Position numbers and translations under genes: made by a program. Below, in pieces: positions 1-12,970 of a stretch of 64,000 bases of DNA. Position 1 is the first letter of the stretch. Each line of letters begins with the position of its first letter. The notes beneath the pieces were generated by a model. The model searched no databases. It saw only the letters and a program-made list of their open reading frames with translations, and was not told the DNA's origin. Source of the DNA: Acanthaster planci (lineage: Eukaryota). The stretch spans positions 2,180,240-2,244,239 of the forward strand of contig NW_019091358.1 in NCBI RefSeq assembly GCF_001949145.1, read 5' to 3'.

Positions 1-217
1 AAAAGAACGTATCAACTGTAAAATAAGACGAGCACGCTTTAAATATACAACCTTGCTATATTGGTGTCAGTGTCAACAATAGCTATTGGCTAATTAGATG
101 AACTGACCACGTGCAGTTTGCCATTGATGTTTTGCCAAAACGGCTAGCAGAATATTACTAATAAAAATTTCAAAAAGTATTTAGACAGGCACTTTTGAGA
201 AACCACTGTCGATTTCT

Positions 218-262
218 GTGTGGCGTGACATGGCGTGACGTGACATGGCATGGTGTGTATTA
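218..262. repeat. Degenerate pentanucleotide tract (TGGCG/TGACA)
   Basis: gtgtggcgtgacatggcgtgacgtgacatggcatggtgtgtatta. Confidence 0.6.
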
Positions 263-3200
263 GGGTTGGAGAGGGTCATTAACATGTTCTCGATCAGTCC
301 TTTACAAAACAACCCGTTCGTGATTTTTTAGTGATATTTGGCCAGAATTGCGTGCTTATATTGTGTTCCACAAGAGCTCCGTTTTCATCTATCTGGTATA
401 GTCATTATTGTTAAAATGGTGTAAAGTGGGCGTTAGGTTCATCATTGTAGATCATGTCATTATAGAGCCGAACTTTGTCAGAGCTGTCCCATATCTGATA
501 GTTTTTAACCTGGCATGCATAAAAACACCCATTATCAGTACAATGATTTAATTGTTTGGGTCATTATGAAGTTCAAGGCCACACGCTTGCCAGCCCATTT
601 AGATTAGGCATGGGAAGTGAAAAATTATAGAGTCCTGGGCGCTGCGCAAAAATAGTATGTCAGACTTTCCTGCAAATGACAACAGTTACCTACAAGTCCT
701 TAACGTTCCTTAAAAAAATCACTTCAACAATATCGAAAAAAATTCGAGGTGGTTGATTTCTGTCCCCACTCCCGTTAAGACTAGGTATCCAACTGATTCG
801 ATCAGTTATTAACAAAAATGATGGAAATTAGTCAGTACTTTATAAACTGATCCCGTTATATATTTCCCAGAAATATCTGATCTGAATATCGATGAGAGCA
901 CTTACTTTTGACTTCGAGCCGCACACAAGATACTGTTGAACATACGTTTAAATGCGTCAAGTCATGCTGCCATAAACCCTTGTATATTTTTCTCCTTTTA
1001 CAAATGAATCGATTGGTAATTTTATATTTAAAAACCTATATTGTCTTACTCCTTCCCGTCGAGATGGGCAGCTGCGTATGCAATATGTCCGTTTCATGAG
1101 AGAAAATCCATAATCTTGCCTGGCTTGTTATACCTAAGCAAACAATGATCGATATTTTTACAGTAGCATAAATCAGTCCCGTTATCGAGTTCAACATTCC
1201 GCAGTGGACCTTAGGTCAACTTAAAAGAATAACTAAAGCTGAAAGCCTGCAGACCATGATAAGCTGAGGTTTCAAGTTAGTTGAATGGAGCCATGTACCC
1301 CGATTAGCGCAGTTGTCACAAAAAATCCCTGAATGTCACAAAAGCTAATATGGGAAATTTGGCCTTCCGCACACATCATAAAAATAATGGTTTGCAGTTG
1401 TAACCCCATTGTCCATCTGCTCTGCCATGGTTATTCAAGTAAGCAGTATTGATATGACTTCAAACAGTCCACTACAGAGGCGTGCATTCATAATGGCGCG
1501 TTTCGCGCGGAGAACGCTTAGTACGGGTAAAAATTTTATTCGAGAATGTCGACAAGAATCGACATAGAGTTCCAAAGTGTGACGTCACTGTGAACCAGAA
1601 AGTGCCCTGCAAACGAATGGAGTACGCGCTGGTTCACGCGCTCAATGCCTTTTACACACTAAATGTGCGCGTGACGTATTCACTTCGGTACTCTATTCTG
1701 ATTACGGTTCTACGCAGCCCTTCCATATTTCTTTATTCGAGAATGTATCCAGTCCGTAAGTGACTTCGTCACAAAGGCAAACGTGCCACAATTTTCAGGC
1801 TCTAATTGGACAATCGCTGAAGGTGCGCGTTAAATTCCGGTTCCATGGTTCCATGTAAACGGTGATCAATGCATGTAACCCTGTGTGCAGTGCGCGTGTG
1901 CAGTGGGCGTGGTTTAAATTGAAGTGACGTCACAGTTAATACGAACCGGATGGTTTTGCGTACACGCGGAACGCGTGCAAGAACCCGCTTGGAATATTTA
2001 CTACCAGCTGTCTTTCTTTTGCCGCATGGGGTGCACTTCAACTCGGGGCGAATAGTATTTAGATTTTCCATGTTGAGTGCGTATTTTTCTCTTCCGCCTG
2101 GTGCTCAACTTTATGACGGCATCAACACTCTATATAAATCAATGATATATTCATCCTCTGCACCATCTCGTGTAAGTCCTGAAGGTTATATGCCTAGTGC
2201 TGTTTTCACCTTCTTCTAGCAAAAAGTCATTCAAACTTATGAATTATTGAAGACATTGACTGTTATTGCTGACCGGGTGAAAAGCATGCCGACTCCACAA
2301 AAGACGAGCGCTCCATAACCTCTGCTTTGGGAATACGGATGGATTATATAGAACGTTTTACCTGAACAAGTCCTTCTGATCGTCAGCATTAAACATGTAA
2401 GACGGTTCGCGCACCCGGTATTACCAAACGTCAGTGCAGAAGTTCACTGAAGCCTATGGGCCTTGCTGCGCAAATCCTGCGCCAAAGTTCAGATAGCTAT
2501 TTCTTTCGGAAACTTAGATATTAGGGCCTATGCATTAATTAATGTTTTTCACCTTACGCGAGACCTATGTATTAATTAAACAATTAAATTCATAGCAATG
2601 TCAATGGGGCAGGGGAAGGTTAAAGATCTCTTTTAGCAAAAATGGCTTTGGAGAAATTCTAATAATTAGATTATAGATTTACCCATTTAATTAAAAACAA
2701 AGCTTCAGTCCGAAATTGAAATATCATCCTGTGATTTCGTGAGGACTGCGCGTAAGCCGAAGGGAAAAACGTATACAACTATAAAGAATTCCAAAGGGCC
2801 CGGATGTTGACAAGAGGACATAAAAGTGTTGATTTTGACGGCCAGGCACGATGCAAAATATACACATGTTGCCTGGACAGTATTTTCATTGTGGTTTAGC
2901 CTGCTGATCCCCACGCGAGCCGGAGACAAACTCCTCAACACAATGTCGAACAAAACAAGCCATTCTAGAGAAAGCATCTATAATCTCAGGCAATTGCAAA
3001 GCCTGCGTCATCGCCGGCTACGACCTGATTTTATTAGAAAGCCGCGACACAAGAATCGCCCTGCAAGGAAAACGCGAAAAGGAACGTCTAGGCATGTTTT
3101 GTCGTCGCGAGATTGTGCTTGGGGAATATTATCCGAGCACTTCTACCCCGCTCTCCCTCTATGAAACTGTGAAGAAAAACTCAAGTTTAAGAAAAATGTT

Positions 3201-5721
3201 AAAACTGGTTATTGCAACGATGCCGCTGCAGCTGATTTGAACAGCAGCTGTTTGCTCCTGGCAAGTAGGGAAGTCAGTTCCAAACTGACGCTAATATAGG
3301 CCTAGCTCAGTTGCTTTTAACTGGGATGCGTGAGGGATTTCGGGAACTTCTACTTTTTTTCTAGGTTGATGCATCTGATACTGAAAAACTCTGGTTAATG
3401 TGTTTGCAACTAACGTACCTGCTGATGAGAATTAGTTATTAACTCGAACTCCACATTCGGGTATCTCAAGTTGTAGGTCAATAATTGACCATGCCTTGGA
3501 GCATAACTGAAGGTTCTGTTACAGAATAAAAAATTCCAATATCAACCAAAACTACATCCTACCAAATATATTTGGTTACACCCGTTATTAAGTATTAAAA
3601 CTCACTACGTACTTCAAAGTAACAAAGTAATATTGTGATTTTTCATTAAATATGATTTATTTACAATTGTGTTTAAAATGTCTAGAGATGTGTAGGGCTT
3701 TCAAAGTTGGATGCACAATGGGGTGAAAGATGTTCCTTTGTGCTTCACTTGATTCATTCCATTTTTTTAATAAACCTCCTCTTTTAAGAGGAAAACCTCT
3801 TAGCCGATTCTGTAACCTACCAGTTACACGATTGCCCGACAAGGTATTATCAAAGGGAATCACAAAAGCCGCTCATTTCCTTGGAGGGTTTCTGGCTGTG
3901 GATCAATTTCTCGACCTGCCCGACTTTGACTGAATCTCTGTGCCCTGATGATGGGTACAGAACATCACATCCAGATGGTAATCCTCCAATAATGAAGAAT
4001 AACCCTAGTCCTCCACGAAATCATCTGCGGGAGGGCGGGAAAGAAATGGAATATGGAATGGTTGTCGCTGAGTATTCTTGCTTTCGTGTCTGAGCCAAAT
4101 GCTGTATTGCAAAGATTTTTTCCCTCAGAGTGATCCATCTGCCGATTGCATTCTCGAAAACGCGTTTCGAAGTTGTCCCTTTCTACCGTAGTGCCGAGCT
4201 GGCTCGGCTCTCTTGAGATTGTGAAACGTGACAGGATGACGGCATATCATATTCCGAAACGCCACATCTGGCATCAAGCCACATCTCTGCATGACAGTCA
4301 TGTGTTTTATGCATCAACGTCTCCCACGCCAAACATGTAATCAATTCAACAAACCCCCAATCTTGCTAAACGGCTTTGAACCGAAGTCCTCGACAAATAT
4401 GTGACACGTGCCTGTAATTTTGCCCTGTTCGAACTGTACACGGTTGGGATCATCCACGGCACAAGACAAGCCTGGAAGATTTATTTTGTTGATGATGATG
4501 TTTGTTTGTGCATGGGTTTTAGGGTGGTGTACGCTTCCATTCCATGGGTCTATAGCCCGCCATGTGATTTTAAAACTAACAAAATGATACTCAATTCATG
4601 CTTGGAGAATGTTTGAAGGGTGCCTTAACTTTGGTTTCCATATGGAGAGGCATGGAATTCACTGCTGATAGCGCTGCGTTTGGTTCGAATGACGTGGGTT
4701 TTACAGAATGTAAATTGATCTAATCAATTTACGGTGAAAGCAAAAGTTCCCTTTCCCTCTTTTAAAAAAGGAGAAACATACAGAATACAGTTTTCTCGCA
4801 GGGGTTAACTTCAACTGTAGGGGACATTATGCACTGCGGGAACTCCGTACGTACATGCCTTCGACAAAGCTCTTGAGTTCTAAGACAGACCGGACAGGCC
4901 CTGCGCAAAAACACTTGGCAAATATTTGGGCACCTCTCCGTCTTCTGAGCGAATCGCCAGTAACCACGACTGAGTAAGATCGAATACGGTAATTTGAACA
5001 TTTTGATCGGGCCAAGTGGGCCAAGGTTTTATCTTTCTCTTCCCTCTCACTCAATTGGTTGAGTGTGTGAGACAAGCGGGAATGTAAAGTGCCCGGCTCG
5101 TTGTGTAAGGAAAGGGATCCCCGTTGCAGCAAATTGAACGTGATATCCATACGCGATAGTCCTCTTCCTATCCATCAGTTGAAATCATGAATTTGAAATG
5201 CTGTCACTAAATGCTGAGACGGGTTTCTTATCAAACTTGTAAATAAATGTCAAAAGTTGTTTTATATTTTACACACAATAAGGGATTGGGAGTATTAAAC
5301 ATGGGCCCCCGATAAAAAAAAAATTACATTCAACCGCAAGGTCTGGAATATGTGAACATGTCAGCCTCAGTGCGGAATGGCCTTTGATTTGTTTGCCTCG
5401 CGACAGACTTAAATTCTGAAGTGGAGAGTATAACCAGACAGCTCCCTGTCGTCGCCTTCAGCTTGCTCTCGCACTCGCCCATGCATTCCACGCAAGTCGC
5501 TCATCCGCAGTAGTAGTTTATGCTTCGGTTCAAAACTCAGTTGAGGAGGTAGCCGGTGAAGTGTTAGCCTCCCAGGCCCATGTCTGCGTCACTAATGCAA
5601 GGACAAGATTTGACAGCTACGAAGGCTGCGTGCATGAGCATTTGAGCATGTCGTTTCGCCCTTGCGTCCCTAACGCTGTTATTTGCTGATACCCAGCGTC
5701 CACAGTTATAGAGGGCGCTGC

Positions 5722-6250
5722 ACGTATAGGTAACCCCCCCCAAAGGGGCGGGGGATAAAAAACCAACCCAAAATTAATATTTATATTTCTCCACATATGT
5801 ATTTCAAGCAATTGTTGGGGTTTTGTTATCAAATTGAAGCTTGGGATGCCATTGTTTCATGTTATCAATTCAAAAATTAAGACTTCATTAATTTAGAATT
5901 TGATATGTGTTGTGTAGAGATAATTTTGATTACATTAGGATTAGAGGAGTTGGTTTCTTGTCTTGTCTAATGGGATTTACCACGGCAATCAAAATGCAGT
6001 CTTAAAGCTCAGAATATAACAGGATCACTGGAAAGGCCTACAAATTTAGGAAACCTAACCAAACAGGGTCTGTTATGTTTGAACCTTCTAGTTTCCACTA
6101 ACAAACAAAGAGGATCCTAAAATAGTTCAACGCAATTAATTGTCACTGAAGTACCGGTAATACCTTGTTACAGTTTGACTGAGGTAAATTACTTAGGTCC
6201 AGCTAAGGATGTTTTCTTTAAAACAAGCTCTTAAAACTATGAAACAATAA
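5722..6250 (+). mobile_element. Diverged copy of the element at 22746-23571
   Basis: Collinear shared blocks: gatttaccac(g/a)gcaatca, ttccactaacaaac..aggatcct, ttgact..ggtaaatt, aaaacaa.ctc..taaact.tgaaac. Confidence 0.6.
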
Positions 6251-6398
6251 TAATATAAGAATCATTTTCCTCTCATATGAGCTCGCTTTCATTAAAAGTT
6301 TTAGTTGTTTGATAATTTAAAATTTGAGGTCAGTGACTGCAAGATAAACCTCCATTTGACAGCACAAAAGATGATTTGTTTTACTTAATTAAAAAATC

Positions 6399-6558
6399 AT
6401 CCATCTCATCTCGCTTTCACTCAATTCACTCCATTTCATTTTTTACTTCATTTAATTATTTCGTTTCACATCATTTCATTTCATTTTATTTTCATTTCAT
6501 TTTCCTTTATTTTTCCTTTCATCTTAATTTCATTTCATTTTTATTTCCTTTTCCTTTT
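6399..6558. repeat. Degenerate (TTTCA)n low-complexity tract
   Basis: Repeated catttcattt/tttcctttt units; source of the spurious Phe-rich ORF 6376-6561. Confidence 0.8.
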
Positions 6559-9500
6559 TAGATATTTGCACGTGGGAAATGTGTATGGGGAAACTCTTGC
6601 TGTTCTCTCCATCAAAACAAAATTTAGTAATACTTTTTTGCATCCAAATTCCGAAGTTTCCAACTTCTAGTGATATTTCTTTTTTAGGGGAGAGTCAAGA
6701 ATGCCTTTTGGGTTTTTTTTCTGATTAAAAAAGCCCTAGTCTTAATAGGCTGGGGACGGTAGATTGCTAATCTGACCATCAAACATTGAGGTCCTCGGTG
6801 GCAAGAGGCCTTCAGTCGGCTTCATCCGGGCGTCCCGTTCAAACATAGGGCCAGAAAGCATATGAGAAACAGTTCTTTTCCTGTCCGGCAAACCATTTCG
6901 ATGGCGACTTTGCACCTGATTGCAACGGTCTAGCTTAACGAACTAACAATGCAAAAAATGTCTTGGCAGGATCAACCAACTTTGCGTTATAGGCATGGCG
7001 CCATGTTTACACAATGCAATACGAAACTATGCTTAAAATTGTGACAGAATAGCATGCAGACCAAAAGAACCATTGCTATTTGCAACAACAACCTTTAATT
7101 TTCCCTGTCAATTAATTACTTTAACTTAGTAAGAAATTCTTGTTTTAAAATAATGTAAATCGTGCTTCTGTAGGAATTTATGAAGCACACAAATACAAAG
7201 TCACACACTGACGCATTAAATGTCCCATAAAGCCGCAAGCACACATTCAGGGACGTTTGAAGTCGCTACTGCTGCATCATTGTCGGATGGAACGGACTTA
7301 ACGCCTTGCCGTCTATCATAGCATCTTGAATTCTCGGGAAGATCGAGTGGGATAGCCTTACCCTAAACAAAACCGACAGATCCGAGGCACGGAAGTCTAA
7401 CTCATTTGAATCCTTGGCAAGAGAGTTAAGCAGGAAGGGGGTGTGAAAGTGTAACACTGCTGCTGGTGCTCAGACCTCTCGTGAAGATAAGATCAGGAGA
7501 TGCAAACATAGAGGAAGGAAAATGTGTAGAGACTTGTAGAGATTCCGTATTTTGAGGCCTCGGGCGAAGAGAGGTATTTCGTGAAAAGCATTTTGTTTAT
7601 AAGCCGTCAAATAACGAGTTCGTTGACGAGCCCAGGGGATGGGGGCGTGAAAACTCGTTTGTCTGTGTCCTATATTCTTATCAGGCATTGCACTCGAATT
7701 GTCTATCAGATAGTCAACGGAGCTAGACTTGACAAGAAGTCTTTAGATAATCTTGTTTTGTCAGTCGGCTAGGACAAAACATAGCCAGTGCAGTGTTTGA
7801 TAATACATTTCATTTCAATCACTGGCTTCGATCAACGTGCCCATACCACTCGACAAAATGGATGTCTTTTCGTTAGGCCATTTATTTTTTTTTTCGATTC
7901 ACATCATCGCCCAGCCTGATTTTCAAACCTGAAGAGATATGTTTTTTTCTTTTCTCACCAAATTAGTTGGCACAGACACGTTGATTTCACACAAACAGCC
8001 TTGGTGTGTGGCTCTTGACTTATTTATTATGCTAATAGTCGGGAACTATGACGGGTTAATATGATATGACAGTACCATATATTAGACGTTACAGCCTTCA
8101 AGTCACTATGGATTTGGGGTCAAATTCATAAATTATAACATAGAAATTCCCTTCTCGACTGATATTGTTCTATTCTGAGTAATGTGAATCTAAAAACTGA
8201 TTTTAAATGGCCAAATTTATTTGTGCGTCATTTCCCTACATGCGCAATGCGTTTCCAGTGAAATCCACGCTTGTGAAACACGGGAGCAACCATTATAACG
8301 AGGGGGATTTCTTTTTAAGTTTTCAAGTGTAAATATAGATACGGAAATGTTTATTCACCAAAGGCTAAAGTAGGTGAAATATATTGTTACTTTAAGTTGG
8401 ATTATAACGCATATAATCCTTTTTTCCAAATCGTTCATGAGAAACTACGAAGTAGGACCTCTTGGCTCAGGAAGAAATACGAACGCTCGCAGCTCGTATT
8501 GAACCGGCAGGTTCCAAGAGCGACGTTTCATGGGGAGGGACCAACGTGTGACATCCTTTTGTCCAAAAAAAAATGCTTATGACGTCCAAAGCAAAAGCGC
8601 AGATGGTAAAGAAAAAGAAGGTAGGAATTATACTGGGAAATGAAGAAAATGGAAAAGCCTCAAGGAGCCTGCTCTTTCAGCACATTTTGTGTGCACACGT
8701 TTAATTTAAAATGGTCTGGAGAAGCATAGAGGAAGGACATAGAAGGAATTGCAACTCATAGTTTTTGATTGCAATTAAATACAAATTGCAGATGTGACCA
8801 GGAAAAAGAGAGAGAGAAACATTCCTGCAATTAGACCTACTTTTGCCATCGTAAATAAAGTTTTAAAATTAGGATACACTGTTCCATTATCCATGCAAAG
8901 TTTGTAATTTTATTCTCCTCCCTCAAATACGTCAGTGTTCAAAGACTTGGTACGAATTTGGCTAAGAATGGCCAACAAAATGTTCACTACTACTGGAAAG
9001 CTTATTTCATTGGGAACAAAATGCGCCATTTCATCGCAGAGAGTGATCGTGAAATCTCATAAAATACGCTTTTGTACAAATGTCATGATAAAAATGATTC
9101 AAACAAAACACAAGATCTTGTAAACGACCGGGCTATTAATTCCCAAAATAACTCCAGAAGAAAGAGTTCATGTAGGGCATTTACTGCACATAAAGATTTA
9201 GGGCACACAAAGTGAAGCAAGCAACTGCGCAAGCATTAAATTTGATTTTGTCATGAGATCGTACCAAGCACCAACAAATTAATGAATATTCAATATCGTA
9301 TACCTCGGTGCACAAAGCTTTAAGGATGTAGGTTACCCGCGACAAATTGCGGCGGCGATCATACGGTACCAAGGGCATACGTGATTATGAGACAGATGTT
9401 GCGTAGCAAGCGTTCGCTGCTCGCTGGTTATGGACATACCAGAAAGCGGTAATTGACCAGATGTTACAGCCCGGGCAGTTCAAACTCCTTCTGTGCCCTT

Positions 9501-11682
9501 CCTCTACTGGGAGAAGCAAGTGACAGGACCATGACGTTTGCTCTATTACGGCTTTCATGAGCGGTTACGTTTCCTTGGATCCAGCTGAATGAGCATCAGA
9601 ATGTCACAAAACTAAACAATTTTTGTCAAAACTGTAATTGGATGGTGGATCACACGTATCAGGAACGAGCGTCTCCGCCCGTGTGGGAAAAAATGCTTTT
9701 ATTGGACCGGGAGGTGTGATTTGGCGGGTATGCGCTGTGATCAACAACACAGCCTAGCTAGTTAGTGACATGGGAGTCAAACCCACAGCAGAGCAGAAAT
9801 GTATCAAAACAAACACCAATCTCATTTTGATTTAACGATTTAAAAAGGGAACGTTCGGTGTATGTATAATGTGATATAGTTCCTGCTAATAATTAACTAT
9901 CAGGCTGGCATATTTCGTAATTATCGGGGATAGTTTTTCTTCTGTTCTTTTCATTTGCATATCAGAAGCTTAATTTGGAAAGGATGCCATATTTCGTTTG
10001 CGTCTCTATTCTACAAAGCCAAATAGTGTTAATTAACCACATCTGTAAACTCATGCTAATTGTCATTACAGTAATGAAATGGTTCAAATGTAACATCAAC
10101 ACAAGCGGTTTGAGAAAAATGTCTTTGAACCTTAGAGGTTTCCCTTCAAGGACGAAGTTTTTGCCTGTGCTCTCAGAGGCTTTATTCCGGCAGGGGCACC
10201 TCTTCTGATGAATGCACACAAAAAAACGATGTGAGGGTATTGATTGCATCGAACTTTTCCGAACTGTGCGTTTGTTCACCTTTTTAAGCAGGCTGTTGCA
10301 AGACCCGCCCAGCGAAAGAAATCCGGAAATCCCATCGATGTAGCCTTCAGGCCGGGCGGTCGTGATTGAGTGCAGTCCCAGATACGGAGCCTACACAGAC
10401 GTGCACGACATCCTTTCTGCTCCCGCCCGTGATCTCACCACTAGCACAACGCTAGTTGTGCGCGTTGAAGAAATAACCAATCGCTTGCCTGGCTGAATTG
10501 ATTTTATTTATTATTTATTTGTATGCTTTTTAGCCTTTGCTGATAGTCATTTCTGATAATGAAGGTATTGTGCTCAAATTATCTTGGATACATTTAGGCC
10601 TATCTGTAAACCATAGCCATTGATGGAACAATCTACCTGGAAAGTGCACATTCTGTCGACCTTTGTACAATACGATTTTTTGGTACAGCTAACAATGAAC
10701 AAGTAACACCCTCCAGGTCTTTAGTATATGTCGACCACTTGACAAAAAGAACAAATTTAGAGCTTGACAAAGACATACAAAAGTCATTCCCGCTTGGGTG
10801 GATGGAGGGGGAGATGTTCGATTACCCTTTCTACACCAAGCACGTTTTGTAGTAGTTTTGACCCATACAGTCAGCTAATTGTTCAGAATCCAAATGTTTG
10901 AATTCAATAAAGTAACTGCATTGAGCAACCGTGTCAGAGTCTATAGGTCTTGTTTGGTCATTCATATAATACCATTTAATACCCTTTAAGGTTACAAAAA
11001 AACAGGAAATGAAACCTTTAATTTGATTTAATTTTTTTTATTTTTAAAGCTTTATCAACATATTTGGGTAAACAGAAAACATCGAATGTGCAACAAACGT
11101 GATAGTCATGATATTGTATTAGTGTTCAAATGCTTGAAAATGAATCTGGCACTTTGAGCGGGTTGTTTTTCATTAAAAACAGAACTCGAGTTACAGATCC
11201 CGTGGCCAACCAGGGTTTTTTTGTTTAAAATGCATTTGCAAAATAAGTTAATGTGGATGGATGCAAATCACTGCTCTGGTTCCATTGCGAATCGTTTGAA
11301 TCACGCTTTTTACAGAGGCCCGTTTTCGTGCAGTGAAACTTGTGCAGCAATTTAACATCTACAATATAAATCTTTTCCTTCAAATGTCACGAAGTAACTA
11401 TTTTAGCCACAATATGCAGTTAAGCCTTTAGACCTTTTTCACCCACGTGACCGGATTGCGCTAAAAATTGGTATGTGGACCATACATAGCTGGCCTCATG
11501 TCTTTATTAACAGGACAGCCTCAGACCATGTGATATCGTTTTTTTCCTCCCACGCACACTTTCCTAGATTAAAAACTTTATACACTGCTTTAAGTTGTAA
11601 TGTTTACTTCCCGGTCCAATATTTTATTCTTGATATGCTCGCGAACTAACTCCATATAACTCTTTGTTTTTCTCTCCCACAG

Positions 11683-11818
11683 GTCACTGTGCAGGCCACA
11701 TGTTTCACACTGACAGCCATGACAGTGGACCGTTACTATCTGATTGTGCATGCCGTGAGGTCCCGCAACACGAGAACAGTGACGAAAGCTGTGATTATCA
11801 ACGTTTTTATTTGGATAG
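11683..11818 (+). CDS. KISS1R-like: Internal coding exon (TM3, DRY, ICL2, start of TM4) of a kisspeptin-receptor-like class A GPCR
   Basis: Polypyrimidine tract and CAG acceptor (tctttgtttttctctcccacag), donor G|gtgagt. Translates as VTVQATCFTLTAMTVDRYYLIVHAVRSRNTRTVTKAVIINVFIWI plus 1 nt, resembling KISS1R VSVQATCATLTAMSVDRW...IWV. 136 nt, phase 0 to phase 1, as I recall for vertebrate KISS1R exon 3. Not in the ORF track. Confidence 0.92.
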
Positions 11819-12739
11819 GTGAGTGGTGGAAGTGATTACATGGGTAATTCACTGTGCAGTGGTCCACCAAGCGTTCTCCTAAGAAGCAGCGAGGTGTCTA
11901 ATCCACAGTTGATACTTGCCCATTTCGTTCTGCATTTCTCTTATTTATGGTTACACACAAGTACCACACAAGGAGATTGGTAGATTCAGGGTGAGGGAGC
12001 CCCACCCCTGAAAGGCAGGACTGTTTATGGGGATGATTTCATTTCCCTTCCTCCACAACACCCTTAACTTTAGTCTCACACTTTGGAAAGTCCATCAATA
12101 AACCTTCATTTATTCATGTCACCCATCAAATTGCAACCGCCAAAATAGCCCCTCCCCCGAAGAATTTTCAGTTTCAGTTGCCGAGTCCAATCGGATTTGA
12201 ACCGAGCCGGTCACTTCACTGTTTTTAAGCACTGTTTTCACTGTTAAAAAACAAGCACAAAACAAAACTCCATGGTGAGCTCTAGGTACGACGCAATGCA
12301 ATCGTGCATCCGCTGCCCCTATGTGCCCCCCAAATTCTAATATTAGAACTTAGATTTTCCCCCGTCAAAAGGATACCCATGTTTCGATTTAAAAGATATA
12401 ATATCGGCCCTTTAAGTTAAATAGGAGAGGTTACGTTTTAAGGGTGACAACAGGTGTTATGGAAATATATCAAGAATACCTGGGGGATTTTTTAAACACA
12501 GAAAGCTGTGTCGTTTTCGACGCAATGGTATATGAACTTAAACGTGTCATGACAATCATGAGTATTGTTGCATATTGACAGACAAAATAAATCAGACACA
12601 AAAAACAGATTTCAAAAGTGCAAGTCTAGAAATTCTGACTATTCACGACCACAGAGCATCAAAATGCCAAACAACACGATACACAGATTACATTCATTTT
12701 CACATCAAAATCAGCTTAATGCAATCATAATAACAAAAA

Positions 12740-12970
12740 AAAATACATCTTGATAATAGTTCGCGGTACCTGCTGCTTCACCTGACTCGGACCGGCCAGC
12801 CGACCCCGGCAAGCTCGGTGGTCGAGTGGTTAAGACATCTGCACTAGTAAGCAGGAGGTCTTGGGTTCGAGTCCTACCCGAGTAAGCTTGTGAGGTTTTT
12901 TTTTCGCAAGCTCTCGGACAAGCACTGAGCACACAGTGCTTATAAATATACGTTGGGTAAGGGCAAACCT
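12740..12970 (+). mobile_element. Dispersed ~230-bp repeat with an internal tRNA-Thr(AGT)-like segment (12813-12884), copy 1, in the GPCR intron
   Basis: A box TGGTCGAGTGG, B box GGTTCGAGTCC, anticodon arm TCTGC-ACTAGTAA-GCAGG; about 90% identical by eye to 50397-50626. Confidence 0.85.

Noticed and set aside
3415..3480. Second hammerhead-like motif (CTGATGA-gaatt...aactc-GAAC)
   Set aside because: Stem II mismatch, GAAA core broken, no convincing stems I and III
12813..12884. Functional tRNA-Thr(AGT) genes (also 50471-50542)
   Set aside because: 8-nt anticodon loop, mismatched first acceptor pair and embedding in a larger dispersed repeat indicate tRNA-derived sequence
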